Origin: Nostoc sp. DedSLP01
GTDB lineage: Bacteria > Cyanobacteriota > Cyanobacteriia > Cyanobacteriales > Nostocaceae
Direction of reading: 5' to 3'
Assembly (NCBI GenBank): GCA_034530875.2
Contig: JAVRCJ020000008.1
Location: 189,296 to 253,295, forward strand
DNA length: 64,000 nucleotides
Both the position numbers and the translations under genes were made by a program. How positions within the stretch are numbered: the stretch's first letter is position 1; each line of letters starts with the position of its first letter. Shown piece after piece: positions 19,397 through 29,995 of the stretch. The notes beneath the pieces were generated by a model, which did no database searches, was not told where the DNA came from, and saw nothing but the letters and a program-made list of their open reading frames with translations.

Positions 19397-20800
19397 ATGA
19401 TTGGGGAAATATTGGGCGAACGCTACCAAGTTCAGCAGCTATTAGGAAAAAAAACAGGGCGGCGGACGCTGTTAGCTTGCGATTTAAAAACTGAGGAATT
19501 GGTCGTCATCAAGTTACTCTCTTTTGGTAGCGACTTTGAATGGGACGATCTCAAACTGTTTGAGCGAGAAGCCCAAACCCTAAAATCTTTGTCACATCCC
19601 TTAATACCTAGCTATTTAGACTATTTTGAAGTAAATTCACTAAATATCAAAGGATTTGCTCTTGTCCAAACTTATATTCCAGCACGAACTTTAGAGCAAT
19701 ACTTACAAAGTGGACGGACTTTTACGGAAGCTGAAATTAAACAGATAGCCAAGGCTGTTTTAGAGATTCTGATTTACTTACATACGTTGCATCCGCCTGT
19801 AATCCATCGCGATCTTAAGCCTAGCAATATTTTATTGAGCAATCGCTCTGGTAACAGTGTAGGTGAAGTTTATTTGATAGATTTTGGTTCAGTGCAAACT
19901 GTCCTAGCTACAGAAACCGGCACTAGGACTGTGGTGGGAACCTACGGTTATATGCCACAGGAGCAATTTGGCGGGCGTACCGTTCCTGCTTCTGACCTTT
20001 ATAGTTTGGGTGCGACGTTAATTTACTTGGCAACGGGTACTCACCCGGCTGATTTACCGCAAAAGGATTTTCGCATTCAGTTTGAACAACTGGCTAATCT
20101 CAGTCCCAGCTTTACCGATTGGTTAAAATCGATGGTTGAACCCAGTCTAGAACGACGCTTGAGTTCTGCTGCTGTGGCGATCGCAATTTTAGACAACCCA
20201 CATTGGAGAAACTTGCCTGTTGCGGTGATTAGCAAACCAGATGGGAGTAAGATTCAATTAACGAAAAATCAGGATTTTCTCGAAATTATCGTTCCACCTG
20301 CTGGTTCCGATTTATCAATAGTATTTACAGGTTTATTTGCGATCGCCTGGAATTCATTTATCCTGTTTTGGACAATTGGTGTTTTGTTGGGGCCTTTTCC
20401 AGTCAGCATTCCCTTGGCTTTGTTCTCCCTTCCCTTTTGGGGCGCTGGCTGTCTTTTAGTGTATACATTTTTCTTTCATTTATTTGGACGCATCTCCTTA
20501 CGCCTGAATTCCGAAGAAATTACCCTCACCTCGGAGTTATTTGCTTGGAAATTTAATCGTCCCCGTACATCTCCAAGAAAAAGTATTACGAAGTTGGTTT
20601 ATACTCCAAAACATTTTACTAAAGACTCCCAAGGTCATAAAATTGCCGTTCCAGCACAATTAGATATTTGGGCAGGAGTCAAAAAATATCAACTTGGTAA
20701 TATTAGTGGTGCTATTAAATCTGAAGCGGAACTGGAATGGCTAGCTTATGAATTAAGCGATTGGTTAGGCTTACCAATTACAAATGAAATTAAAACTTAG
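19397..20800 (+). CDS. Ser/Thr protein kinase with C-terminal membrane domain
   Basis: IHRDLKPSN, DFG, GTYGYMP; two TM helices. Confidence 0.93.
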   Translation: MIGEILGERYQVQQLLGKKTGRRTLLACDLKTEELVVIKLLSFGSDFEWDDLKLFEREAQTLKSLSHPLIPSYLDYFEVNSLNIKGFALVQTYIPARTLEQYLQSGRTFTEAEIKQIAKAVLEILIYLHTLHPPVIHRDLKPSNILLSNRSGNSVGEVYLIDFGSVQTVLATETGTRTVVGTYGYMPQEQFGGRTVPASDLYSLGATLIYLATGTHPADLPQKDFRIQFEQLANLSPSFTDWLKSMVEPSLERRLSSAAVAIAILDNPHWRNLPVAVISKPDGSKIQLTKNQDFLEIIVPPAGSDLSIVFTGLFAIAWNSFILFWTIGVLLGPFPVSIPLALFSLPFWGAGCLLVYTFFFHLFGRISLRLNSEEITLTSELFAWKFNRPRTSPRKSITKLVYTPKHFTKDSQGHKIAVPAQLDIWAGVKKYQLGNISGAIKSEAELEWLAYELSDWLGLPITNEIKT

Positions 20801-20874
20801 CCGCCGGTGGCGAATTCATTAGATTTGAGCCGTAAATGTCTATATTTAATTAGAGATGCTTAGAGGAAATTTAT

Positions 20875-21045
20875 ATGTTTGGACTGGGATGGCCGGAAAT
20901 CAGCGTCATTGCGATCGTCGCTATTTTAATTTTTGGGCCGAAAAAAATTCCTGAACTAGGAAGCTCACTAGGCAAAACTTTGCGGAGTTTTAAGGAAGGA
21001 CTGAAAACTTCCAATGACGAAACCAATCCAGAACAAGAAAAATAA
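20875..21045 (+). CDS. tatA: twin-arginine translocase TatA/E (missing from the ORF track)
   Basis: Manual translation: MFGLGWPEISVIAIVAILIFGPKKIPELGSSLGKTLRSFKEG..., 56 aa. Confidence 0.93.
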   Translation: MFGLGWPEISVIAIVAILIFGPKKIPELGSSLGKTLRSFKEGLKTSNDETNPEQEK

Positions 21046-21426
21046 TATTCGATATTTTAAGGAAAATTTAATATTTCCAGCACAGCAACGGTCAATAGTA
21101 GAGATGCGACTTATGCCAATTCACAATGGGCTTCTCTACGAGACGCTGCGCGTAGCTTGCTTCTCCGTAGGAGTACGCACCACTTCGCTAAGGCAATTAA
21201 GAAATTCAGATTGTATCTAGGTTTCAAGATTTGAATCTGTTGCCGAATTTTAGAGAATTGGTATTATGGCAACACTTGTCAGTTAAGGAGAAATGGAGAA
21301 GGTGGGATCCACTTTGGGGATAAAGTGCGGGGGAAAGGCAAAGAAAAAACCTTTTCCCCAAACCAAATTCTGAGTCCAAAATACTTAACCGAGTAGTGTT
21401 GCGGCTCATTGCCTCTCTACTATCGA

Positions 21427-24132
21427 CTACAGCAATGTATTGACTACAGAAGAAGGTGTAATTCCATTTTGGGAATCAACGATCGCACTACCAGTATTTT
21501 GTTGGTGTGTCTCTTCTTTAACTACACCACGCCCTCTAATTAATTTAATCGCCCGAGTCACGCTTTCCGGTAGAATCACCACTAAGCTGTTATCTGGCGC
21601 CATGTCTAAGCCTTTATTAATCGCTTGCGTTTCATCCAAAATGGATTCAAAGCGACAATCAGACTTGACTTGGGTAATGCCTTGAATAATCAATTGCGCA
21701 CCCGATCCCCGAGGTCTGCCTCTGGTGTCATCGTCTTCTTTGACGATGATATAGTCAAAAATTTGCGCTGCTAGTTGCCCCAAGGTCACAAAGTCTTCGT
21801 CACGGCGATCGCCAGGGCCGCCAACTACGCCAATACGCTGTCCTGTAGTCCAGTTGCGCACGAAAGCGCCCACAGCTTCGTAACTAGCCGGGTTGTGAGC
21901 ATAGTCCACCAAGGCGTGATAATTGCCTAAATTAAACAAATTCATCCGTCCCGGTGTTTGACTTACGGAAGCGCGGAAGGTCTTCAAACCAGCACGAATC
22001 TGCTCGATTGTGACGTTTTGCACGAAGGCTGCCAAACTTGCTGCTAAGGCGTTGGCAATCATAAATGGTGCCCGCCCGCCCATTGTTAAAGGTATATTTT
22101 CTGCTCTTTCTATACGGTGTGTCCAATCGCCTTTGACAATGGACAGATAGCCATTTTCATATACCGCCGCTACTCCGCCCTTTTGAATGTGCTTGCGCAC
22201 TAATTCCGAGTCGGGGTTCATGGTGAAGTAAGCAATATTAGCTTTAGTTTTCTCTGACATGGCAGCAACGCGGCGATCGTCGGCGTTGAGTACTGCATAG
22301 CCATCAGGGAATACGGCTTCTGCGACTACGCTCTTGAGGTTAGCTAACTGATCGATGGTATCTATATCGCCTATACCTAAGTGGTCGGCAGCTACGTTTA
22401 ATATGACGCCGACATTTGCGGCTTCAAAGCCCAGCCCAGAACGCAGAATGCCACCGCGAGCCGTTTCCAAGACTGCTACTTCCACTGTGGGGTCTTGCAG
22501 GATCAGGTGAGCGCTTTGAGGCCCTGTGTTATCGCCAGATTCTACTAAGTAATCTCCGATATAGGTTCCATCTGTAGTTGTATATCCTACTACTTTACCT
22601 GTTTGCTTATAAATATGTGCTAGGAGTCGAGTAGTAGTGGTTTTGCCATTGGTACCCGTGACGCTGAGAATCGGGATTTGGCCAGATTGTTCGTTGGGGA
22701 ATAGCATATCCATCACTGCGCCGGCGACGTTGCGCGGAATGCCAACGCTGGGGGCGACGTGCATTCTAAAGCCAGGAGCAGCGTTAACTTCGACTATTAC
22801 GCCATCAACTTCTCTTAGGGGACGGCTAATGTCTGAGGTGACGATATCTAAGCCAGCAATGTCCAAACCGATAATCTTCACTACCCTTTGCGCCAACCAG
22901 ATATTTTCTGGATGGATTTCGTCGGTGCGGTCTACGGCAATGCCACCTGTACTTAAGTTAGCTGTGGCTCTTAGATAACAAATAGTACCTTTTGGGAGGA
23001 CGCTATTTAAGGTGTAGCCTTGCCTTTCTAGGAGTTGATAGCTGGTGCGATCGAGTTCGATCTTGGTCAAGACATTATCGTGCCCTTCGCCGCGATTTGG
23101 GTCTTGGTTGGTTTCTTCAATCAATTCGGCGATGGTGGATCTGCCATTACCAGTCACATGAGCTGGGACGCGTTCGGCTACTGCCACTACTTTGCCATTG
23201 ACTACCAGTACTCTGTGGTCGCGCCCAACATAATATCTTTCGACGATAATTGCGCGAGAAACTTGCCTGGCAGCTTCATAAGCAGCTTCAGCTTCTTCCC
23301 AGGTTCTAATATCAATGGTGATACCGCGCCCGTGATTGCCATCAAGGGGCTTAATAACAATGGGATAGCCGCCTACGTATTCAATGGCTTCTTCTAAATC
23401 GTCGAGGAAGTTGATGGTTGTCCCTCTGGGTACGGGCACGCCTGCGGCAGCCAGGATGCGCTTGGTGGCTTCTTTGTCGCAAGCTAGTTCTACGCCCAGA
23501 ATGCTGGTGTTATCGGTCATTGTTGCCTGCATCCGCTTTTGATTGATGCCGTAGCCTAACTGAATCAAAAAGCGGGCTTCTAAAGGCATCCAGGGAATAC
23601 CTCTTTTTTCTGCTTCTTTGACGATCGCCTCTGTAGAAGGCCCTAAGGAAGCATCGCGACAGAAGTCTTTCAGGTCTTGAATGTCTTGCTCTAGTTCTGC
23701 TTTCGGGTAGCGACCGCGATCGACGATACTCTGACATAGCCGCACCGCAGCTCGTCCAGCATAACGTCCGGCTTCCTCATTCTGATATTCAATTACTACT
23801 TGGTAAATTCCAGGTGTAGCAGTTTCGCGAGTCCGGCCAAAGCCGACATGCATTCCTGCTAATTCTTGGAGTTCTAGGGCTACATGTTCCACGATGTGAC
23901 CCATCATGGTGCCTTCTCTGACCCGCATCAGAAAACCGCCACGACAGCCAGGCGAACAATAGTGACCCTCCAGACTTGGCAGCGCCTCTACTAATCCTTC
24001 GTAAAAGCCAGGGATTTCATTCGAGGGCGTCTCGGCAAGGTTTTCTAAATCGAGGCGCATGACGATCAGCTTGTGGCGTCGAATGCTCCAGTAGTTTGGG
24101 CCGCGTAAGGTCTGGATCTTGAGGATTCTCAT
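21427..24132 (-). CDS. cphA: cyanophycin synthetase
   Basis: MRILKIQTLRGPNYWS; ATP-grasp domain plus Mur-ligase domain (GTNGKTTT). Confidence 0.98.
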   Translation of the reverse strand: MRILKIQTLRGPNYWSIRRHKLIVMRLDLENLAETPSNEIPGFYEGLVEALPSLEGHYCSPGCRGGFLMRVREGTMMGHIVEHVALELQELAGMHVGFGRTRETATPGIYQVVIEYQNEEAGRYAGRAAVRLCQSIVDRGRYPKAELEQDIQDLKDFCRDASLGPSTEAIVKEAEKRGIPWMPLEARFLIQLGYGINQKRMQATMTDNTSILGVELACDKEATKRILAAAGVPVPRGTTINFLDDLEEAIEYVGGYPIVIKPLDGNHGRGITIDIRTWEEAEAAYEAARQVSRAIIVERYYVGRDHRVLVVNGKVVAVAERVPAHVTGNGRSTIAELIEETNQDPNRGEGHDNVLTKIELDRTSYQLLERQGYTLNSVLPKGTICYLRATANLSTGGIAVDRTDEIHPENIWLAQRVVKIIGLDIAGLDIVTSDISRPLREVDGVIVEVNAAPGFRMHVAPSVGIPRNVAGAVMDMLFPNEQSGQIPILSVTGTNGKTTTTRLLAHIYKQTGKVVGYTTTDGTYIGDYLVESGDNTGPQSAHLILQDPTVEVAVLETARGGILRSGLGFEAANVGVILNVAADHLGIGDIDTIDQLANLKSVVAEAVFPDGYAVLNADDRRVAAMSEKTKANIAYFTMNPDSELVRKHIQKGGVAAVYENGYLSIVKGDWTHRIERAENIPLTMGGRAPFMIANALAASLAAFVQNVTIEQIRAGLKTFRASVSQTPGRMNLFNLGNYHALVDYAHNPASYEAVGAFVRNWTTGQRIGVVGGPGDRRDEDFVTLGQLAAQIFDYIIVKEDDDTRGRPRGSGAQLIIQGITQVKSDCRFESILDETQAINKGLDMAPDNSLVVILPESVTRAIKLIRGRGVVKEETHQQNTGSAIVDSQNGITPSSVVNTLL

Positions 24133-24538
24133 GGGAATAGGTAGATGGAGATTCGGTACCAAAATTCTAGTTTCTTACTGGAATTAACCGCTAAACTGTT
24201 CGTGGCGAACAGTTTTTTCTTTTTACATGGTATTCTCATCACTTTTCTACAACAAGAAATAAATGAGTAATTAACCAATTGTGGATTTTAGATTGATGAT
24301 AGCCAGCTTTTGCCGTATCCGCGAGGGATTTTTGAATCGAAAAATACCACAAGGGTACTTACCTCTCTTGATGATTAGATTTACGATAACGTAGCTAAAC
24401 AAAGTTGGAAGAAGTGTACGCTGGAAAACGAGCATTTTTGAGGTTTATTTCGCTGACTTAGTTGCGAAGCCATCGCAAAAAGCTCTTTATCATCTAAAAT
24501 CCTTCCATCCCAAATCTAAAATTTCTGGTCAACTCAGT

Positions 24539-24552
24539 GTAACCGCAGATAC
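24539..24552. promoter_or_regulatory. candidate NtcA box in the cphB-cphA spacer
   Basis: GTA-ACCGCAGA-TAC; TAGATT lies about 20 nt downstream on the minus strand. Confidence 0.55.
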
Positions 24553-24561
24553 TTTACCCCG

Positions 24562-25425
24562 TCAGCTGGAAATCCGGTGTACGGCAGGCAATACAGTGCG
24601 CTGATACAAGTGGAAGCGATCGCCATAACTGAGGATATGCAAACGTAGGTTATGCACTGTTAGAGGTTCGTTAGCACCGACATGAGGTTCGTTGGTGTGG
24701 GTGAGCTCGGTGGGATCGACAATGGTGACACTGCCTTTACCCATAACTTGTAGCCAGCCATCACGTTCAAACACAGCACAAGTATCTTCGTCAATGCCAA
24801 TACCCAAGCGGTCGGGATGAGCTGCTATAGCACTAATCAACCGTCCCATCCGATTGCGATTATGAAAGTGTTGGTCAACGATGACTTCAGGAATAAATCC
24901 CAAACCCGTTGCCATATCCACTAGGGAACGATTTGGCGTCTCTCCACTACCGCCACCAGCAATCATGTGATGCCCCATCACTGCTGCCCCGGCGCTGGTG
25001 CCTGCTAAGGTAAGTTGTCCTGACCTCACCCGCTGCCGGATAATTTCCATCGCTGGCGTATCTGCCAATACGCCACAGAGACGCAGTTGGTCTCCTCCTG
25101 TTAAAAATACCCCACTACAGGCTTCTAAGGATGCTTTGATTTGGGAGGCTTCGCACTGTTCTCGTTCGCGGATGTCTAAAATCTCTACCTTCTGAGCACC
25201 CATTTCTTCAAAAATGCGAATATAGCGACCACCGATAATAGCGGGTTCGCGAGAGGCAGATGGAATAATTGTAATATAGCCCTTACTAGCACCTGCACGT
25301 CCAAAAAAAGTTCTTAGGATATCGCGTCCGTGAACTTTATCTTCTGCGCCTCCGATAACCAGAACGGCTGTTTTAGTTGCTTGGGGTGTCCTCATTTCCA
25401 GCGATTTAGCTTTTAATTCCGGCAT
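24562..25425 (-). CDS. cphB: cyanophycinase
   Basis: IGGAEDK, GTSAGAA, DQHFHNRNRMGRL, GIDEDT; AGGAG RBS before MPELK. Confidence 0.97.
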   Translation of the reverse strand: MPELKAKSLEMRTPQATKTAVLVIGGAEDKVHGRDILRTFFGRAGASKGYITIIPSASREPAIIGGRYIRIFEEMGAQKVEILDIREREQCEASQIKASLEACSGVFLTGGDQLRLCGVLADTPAMEIIRQRVRSGQLTLAGTSAGAAVMGHHMIAGGGSGETPNRSLVDMATGLGFIPEVIVDQHFHNRNRMGRLISAIAAHPDRLGIGIDEDTCAVFERDGWLQVMGKGSVTIVDPTELTHTNEPHVGANEPLTVHNLRLHILSYGDRFHLYQRTVLPAVHRISS

Positions 25426-26135
25426 TGTGTTTCTCCTGTCAACAACTTCGGGAACCGTCGCCTGAGCCGGGTTTCCCAGGCACTTTGCCCTTGCGGGGAA
25501 TGCCCGACTTGAAGGAAGTGCCGTCGGCTTGTGGCGAATGGCGTGTGAATTGAACAAGATCGGGAGTCCGATGATTTCGCGCTTTGCTTCCTTGAGAGGA
25601 CACTTTTTTTGAAGTTTGGATTAGCCTGGGTCACAGTTCCAAATTCTTGTTTAACGCACACGAGACCTCAGTTTAAACGTGTTTGTTGCCGTTCCTCTGC
25701 TGCTAGCGCCTTGTTTTTCACCTGTCCACTTCCAAACGGGCAAAATAGTCCTTACTTAGTAAGCTAGGGAGGACACTTCTTTCAAGGGGTTGTGCCCCTT
25801 TTTGGAGCCAGTGCGTTGGAGAGACATTGCGTTGCGGACTTCCGCAAAGTTGTTCGCCCTTATTATTCCCATAGGTTAGCAAGTGGCGTCGGTTGTACCG
25901 ACTTATTTGCCTCGTGTCTCTATTCAGAGAACAAACTGGCATCAAAATGTCAGTTTTCCCCTTTGGGATTGGGGATGAACAGGTAAGACCACGCTTTTTT
26001 CTGAGGCTGGCTCGATGCATCCTGAAAGTTGTTAACTTGATATGATTATTAATTTAAATGTAGATGTGACAACATTTAAACATAAATTAAGTAATTAGAA
26101 AAACTTTAAATCCCATCTAAAATCCAAGACTCCTG

Positions 26136-26149
26136 GTACTTTTAGATAC
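26136..26149. promoter_or_regulatory. candidate NtcA box upstream of cphB
   Basis: GTA-CTTTTAGA-TAC; no -10 box at canonical spacing. Confidence 0.35.
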
Positions 26150-26245
26150 TATTGATAAAGTTTAACTGTAGTTTGACCCAACATCAGCTTCTTGTGTTTG
26201 CTAGACATTCATTATTTAGATTAGTGTCCTTGAATACGAATTACT

Positions 26246-26947
26246 GTGCGCTTTGATATAGTTACACTTTTTCCCGACTGTTTTGACTCTGTTCTCAGTT
26301 CTGGATTGCTGGGTAAAGCCTTAGCCAAACAGATTGCCCAAGTGCATCTGATTAATCCACGGGACTTTACGACTGACAAGCACCGTAAAGTAGATGATGA
26401 ACCCTATGGTGGCGGCGTAGGGATGCTAATGAAGCCAGAACCAATCTTCAATGCTGTGGAGTCGCTGCCGATTCTACCTCGCAGAGAAGTCATTTTGATG
26501 AGTCCCCAGGGTCAAACAATTAATCAACCTTTGTTGCGAGAATTGGCAACAAATTATGACCAGTTAGTAGTGATTTGCGGGCATTACGAAGGAGTAGATG
26601 AGAGGGTACTGCATTTGGTGACTCGTGAAGTATCTTTAGGAGATTTTATTCTGACTGGCGGCGAAATTCCAGCAATGGCTTTAATTAATGGCGTAGTCCG
26701 CCTTTTACCAGGAACCGTAGGCAAAACCGAGTCTTTGACAGCAGAAAGTTTTGAAGAGGGTTTATTGGATTATCCCCAATATACTCGCCCAGCAAATTTT
26801 CGCGGCTTGAAAGTTCCGGAGGTACTGCTGTCTGGGAATCACGCCGCCATCGCCCGCTGGCGTTACGAACAACAAATTCAAAAAACACGCGATCGCCGTC
26901 CCGATCTGCTGGAAAAATGGGAAGAGGCGAAGGGGAGTGGGGAGTAG
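26246..26947 (+). CDS. trmD: tRNA (guanine37-N1)-methyltransferase
   Basis: VDDEPYGGGVGM, CGHYEGVDER, LLDYPQYTRP. Confidence 0.98.
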   Translation: MRFDIVTLFPDCFDSVLSSGLLGKALAKQIAQVHLINPRDFTTDKHRKVDDEPYGGGVGMLMKPEPIFNAVESLPILPRREVILMSPQGQTINQPLLRELATNYDQLVVICGHYEGVDERVLHLVTREVSLGDFILTGGEIPAMALINGVVRLLPGTVGKTESLTAESFEEGLLDYPQYTRPANFRGLKVPEVLLSGNHAAIARWRYEQQIQKTRDRRPDLLEKWEEAKGSGE

Positions 26948-27124
26948 GGAGTGGGGAGATGGGGGGCAGAGGGAGTAGAGGGAGATGGGGAGGTAGGGGA
27001 AAAGGTTAAAGGGAAAAGGGAAAAGGAATAAATTTAATCTTTCCCCTTTCCCCCTTACCCCAATCCCAATACCCCATTCATTAGCCCCATACCCAATGAC
27101 TAATGACTAATGACTAATTAACAA

Positions 27125-27610
27125 ATGACTAAAATTCGTATTGGTAACGGCTACGATATTCATCGACTGGTGAGCGATCGCGATTTAATTTTAGGAGGAA
27201 TCCAAATTCCTCACGAATTGGGTTTGTTGGGTCATAGTGACGCTGATGCACTCACCCATGCCATTATGGATGCCATGCTTGGGGCATTATCTTTGGGGGA
27301 TATTGGTCATTACTTTCCCCCCAGCGATCCCCAATGGGCAGGGGCAGATAGTTTAATACTATTAACTCAAGTACATCAACTAATTAGGGAGCAAGGCTGG
27401 CAAATAGGAAATATTGACTCAGTAGTAGTGGCAGAACGCCCAAAATTAAAACCGCACATTCATAAAATGCGCGACAAATTAGCGACTGTTTTGGAATTAG
27501 AACCAAATCAAATTGGCATCAAAGCCACTACCAATGAAAAATTAGGCCCTGTTGGACGGGAAGAAGGTATATGCGCTTACGCTGTTGTTTTACTAGTTGC
27601 TCGAGACTAA
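27125..27610 (+). CDS. ispF: 2-C-methyl-D-erythritol 2,4-cyclodiphosphate synthase
   Basis: [24 protein letters not shown]. Confidence 0.98.
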   Translation: MTKIRIGNGYDIHRLVSDRDLILGGIQIPHELGLLGHSDADALTHAIMDAMLGALSLGDIGHYFPPSDPQWAGADSLILLTQVHQLIREQGWQIGNIDSVVVAERPKLKPHIHKMRDKLATVLELEPNQIGIKATTNEKLGPVGREEGICAYAVVLLVARD

Positions 27611-27983
27611 CTATTTTTAAACAACAGCAAATATACTCAATAATAACTAGGATATGTATAAATCAATCATTGATAGGGTTTAGTAAAGCTTAACTTGGTG
27701 AAAAATTTCAAGCTGTGCAAACTATAAAATCAGAAGATGTACACTTTTGGTTTCGAGGATGTTTAAAAAGTATTAGGCAAATGTAATTCATTACCACACA
27801 AAGAAATTCAGGCTACATAAACTAATGAGAAATCAAAGGTTGTTAACCCAAGTTTGCTCTTGCTATTCTGAGATAAAAGTGGGTAAAGTTTCGTGTACAT
27901 ACGGCTTCAAATTGCCAAGTAAGTAATAAATTAGACTTCTCCTGCAACCTCTTACGCTCCAATGAAAATTCATTATTTTTAAG

Positions 27984-27999
27984 TAATAATTCTCAATAA
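27984..27999. promoter_or_regulatory. possible Fur-type box upstream of the ABC substrate-binding protein
   Basis: TAATAATTCTCAATAA. Confidence 0.3.
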
Positions 28000-28123
28000 T
28001 TTGGCAGTTTGGAAGTTACAGAGCTTTTCGAATACAGCGGCATTCAATCTTTCAAAAAACCATAACTTCCTTCTTTGGCTACAGCCTCATTCAAATTAAT
28101 TCCATTATTTGTCTATTGAAATT

Positions 28124-29917
28124 ATGAATCTTTTGAAAAAAATCTTGTTAGCAATTAAATATTTTTGGTTGCCAATACTTTTGAGTTCAGCAACAGCATT
28201 TACTCTTACCGCTTGTAACCCTAGTAACTTTAAAACCGCAGCTGCTCAAGTTCCACAACTCGTCACCGCAGTTTTAAGTGAGCCTTCAACTTTTAATTAT
28301 GCTTTGAATGAGTCAGCATACAGCGTTTTTGGCTTCCTATATGATTCATTAATTAATGAAAATCCTATCACTACAAATCTAGAACCTGGTTTGGCAGAAT
28401 CTTGGGAAGTTTCTCCAGATGCACAAAGAGTCGTAATGACTCTGCGAGAAGGAATTAAGTGGTCAGATGGTCAGCTAATGACTGCTGATGATGTTGTGTT
28501 TACTTATAACGAAATTTACCTGAATCCGAAAATTCCAACTTCTTTAAAAGATGCTTTAAGAGTTGGCGAAAAAGGCACTTTACCAAAAGTACAAAAAATC
28601 GACGATCGCCGCGTTGAATTCACTATTCAAGAACCGTTTGCTCCTTTTGTCAGATATGTAGGCGGCATTCCTATTATGCCGGCCCATGCTCTAAAGGAAG
28701 CAATTCGCACAACTGAATCTGACGGAAATCCTAAGTTTATTTCTATGTGGGGAACAGGCACAGATCCCAAACAAATTGTTGGTAACGGCCCGTATATAAT
28801 GGAAAGTTACGTTCCCAGTCAGCGAGTTATTTTTCGACGCAATCCATACTACTGGCGTAAAGATGCTCAAGGCAATCCTCAGCCTTATATCGATCGCATT
28901 GTTTGGCAAATTATTGAATCCACTGAAAACCAGTTGATTAGTTTTCGTTCCGAACAAATAGACGATTTAGAAATTCCCCCAGAAGGTTTTAGTTTGTTGA
29001 AGCGAGAAGAAAAACGAGCGAAGTTTAAAATTTATAATGGCGGGCCAAATACAAGTACAACTTTTATTGCTTTTAATCTTAATAAAGCTAAAAATTCTCA
29101 GGGTCAGCCTTTAGTAAACCCTATCAAATCCCGCTGGTTTAATCAAAATGAATTCAGACAAGCTATAGCTTATGCACTAGACCGGGAAACGATGAAAATC
29201 AATGCTTACCGGGGATTAGGCGAACTGCAAAATTCATTTGTTTATGTGAAAAGTCCCTACTTTCTTCCTCCAGAAAAAGGTTTGAAAGTATATAATTATG
29301 ACCAAGAAAAATCGAAGAAACTTCTGTTAGCAGCTGGGTTTAAATATAATGCTCAAAATCAACTCTTAGATGCTGACGGCAACAGAGTCAGATTTACTCT
29401 GTTGACGAATTCTGAAAGGAAAGTAAGAGGAGATATGGCCGCTCAAATCCAACGAGATTTAGCAAGAATTGGAATTCAGGTTGATTTGCAAATCCTCAGT
29501 TTCAATTCTTATTTAGAAAAACTCAAAGTAACACAAAATTGGGATTGTTACCTTGGAGGCTTTGCTGGAGGAGGAATTGAACCCCACAGTGCTAGCAATA
29601 TTTGGAGAATTAATGGTGCATCTCATGCATTTAATCAAGGCGCACAACCAGGAGATCCGCCGCTAATAGGTTGGGAAGTTTCTGATTGGGAAAAACAAAT
29701 TGATACCCTTTATATTAAAGGCGCACAAGTATTAGATGAAAACAAGCGCAAAGAAATTTATTACGAATATCAGCGCATAGCCTCAGAACAGTTACCGTTT
29801 ATTCATTTAGTAGAAGGTTTGAATTTACAAGCAGTGCGCGATCGCTTCCAAGGTATTAAGTATACTGCTCTTGGCGGGCCATTCTGGAACCTCTACGAAC
29901 TGAAAGTAGTTGATTGA
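28124..29917 (+). CDS. peptide/nickel ABC transporter substrate-binding lipoprotein (family 5)
   Basis: Lipobox LTAC; LAESWEVS, KWSDG, GNGPY. Confidence 0.92.
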   Translation: MNLLKKILLAIKYFWLPILLSSATAFTLTACNPSNFKTAAAQVPQLVTAVLSEPSTFNYALNESAYSVFGFLYDSLINENPITTNLEPGLAESWEVSPDAQRVVMTLREGIKWSDGQLMTADDVVFTYNEIYLNPKIPTSLKDALRVGEKGTLPKVQKIDDRRVEFTIQEPFAPFVRYVGGIPIMPAHALKEAIRTTESDGNPKFISMWGTGTDPKQIVGNGPYIMESYVPSQRVIFRRNPYYWRKDAQGNPQPYIDRIVWQIIESTENQLISFRSEQIDDLEIPPEGFSLLKREEKRAKFKIYNGGPNTSTTFIAFNLNKAKNSQGQPLVNPIKSRWFNQNEFRQAIAYALDRETMKINAYRGLGELQNSFVYVKSPYFLPPEKGLKVYNYDQEKSKKLLLAAGFKYNAQNQLLDADGNRVRFTLLTNSERKVRGDMAAQIQRDLARIGIQVDLQILSFNSYLEKLKVTQNWDCYLGGFAGGGIEPHSASNIWRINGASHAFNQGAQPGDPPLIGWEVSDWEKQIDTLYIKGAQVLDENKRKEIYYEYQRIASEQLPFIHLVEGLNLQAVRDRFQGIKYTALGGPFWNLYELKVVD

Positions 29918-29995
29918 TTTAGTCATTAGTCATTGGTCATTGGTCATTAGCTATTTGCAAAGGACTAAGGACTAAGGACTAAGGACTAAGGACAA

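Noticed and set aside
25449..25500. c-di-GMP-I riboswitch (GGGCAAA...GAAA...GACG on the minus strand)
   Set aside because: The following GCAAAGC and P3 consensus are absent; kept only as an unknown structured leader.
25718..26020. ORFs within the cphB leader
   Set aside because: No recognisable motifs or RBS; a uORF cannot be fully excluded.
27755..28040. Another GAGGATGT-type MITE
   Set aside because: Only the left end is recognisable; the right TIR and target duplication are not clear.
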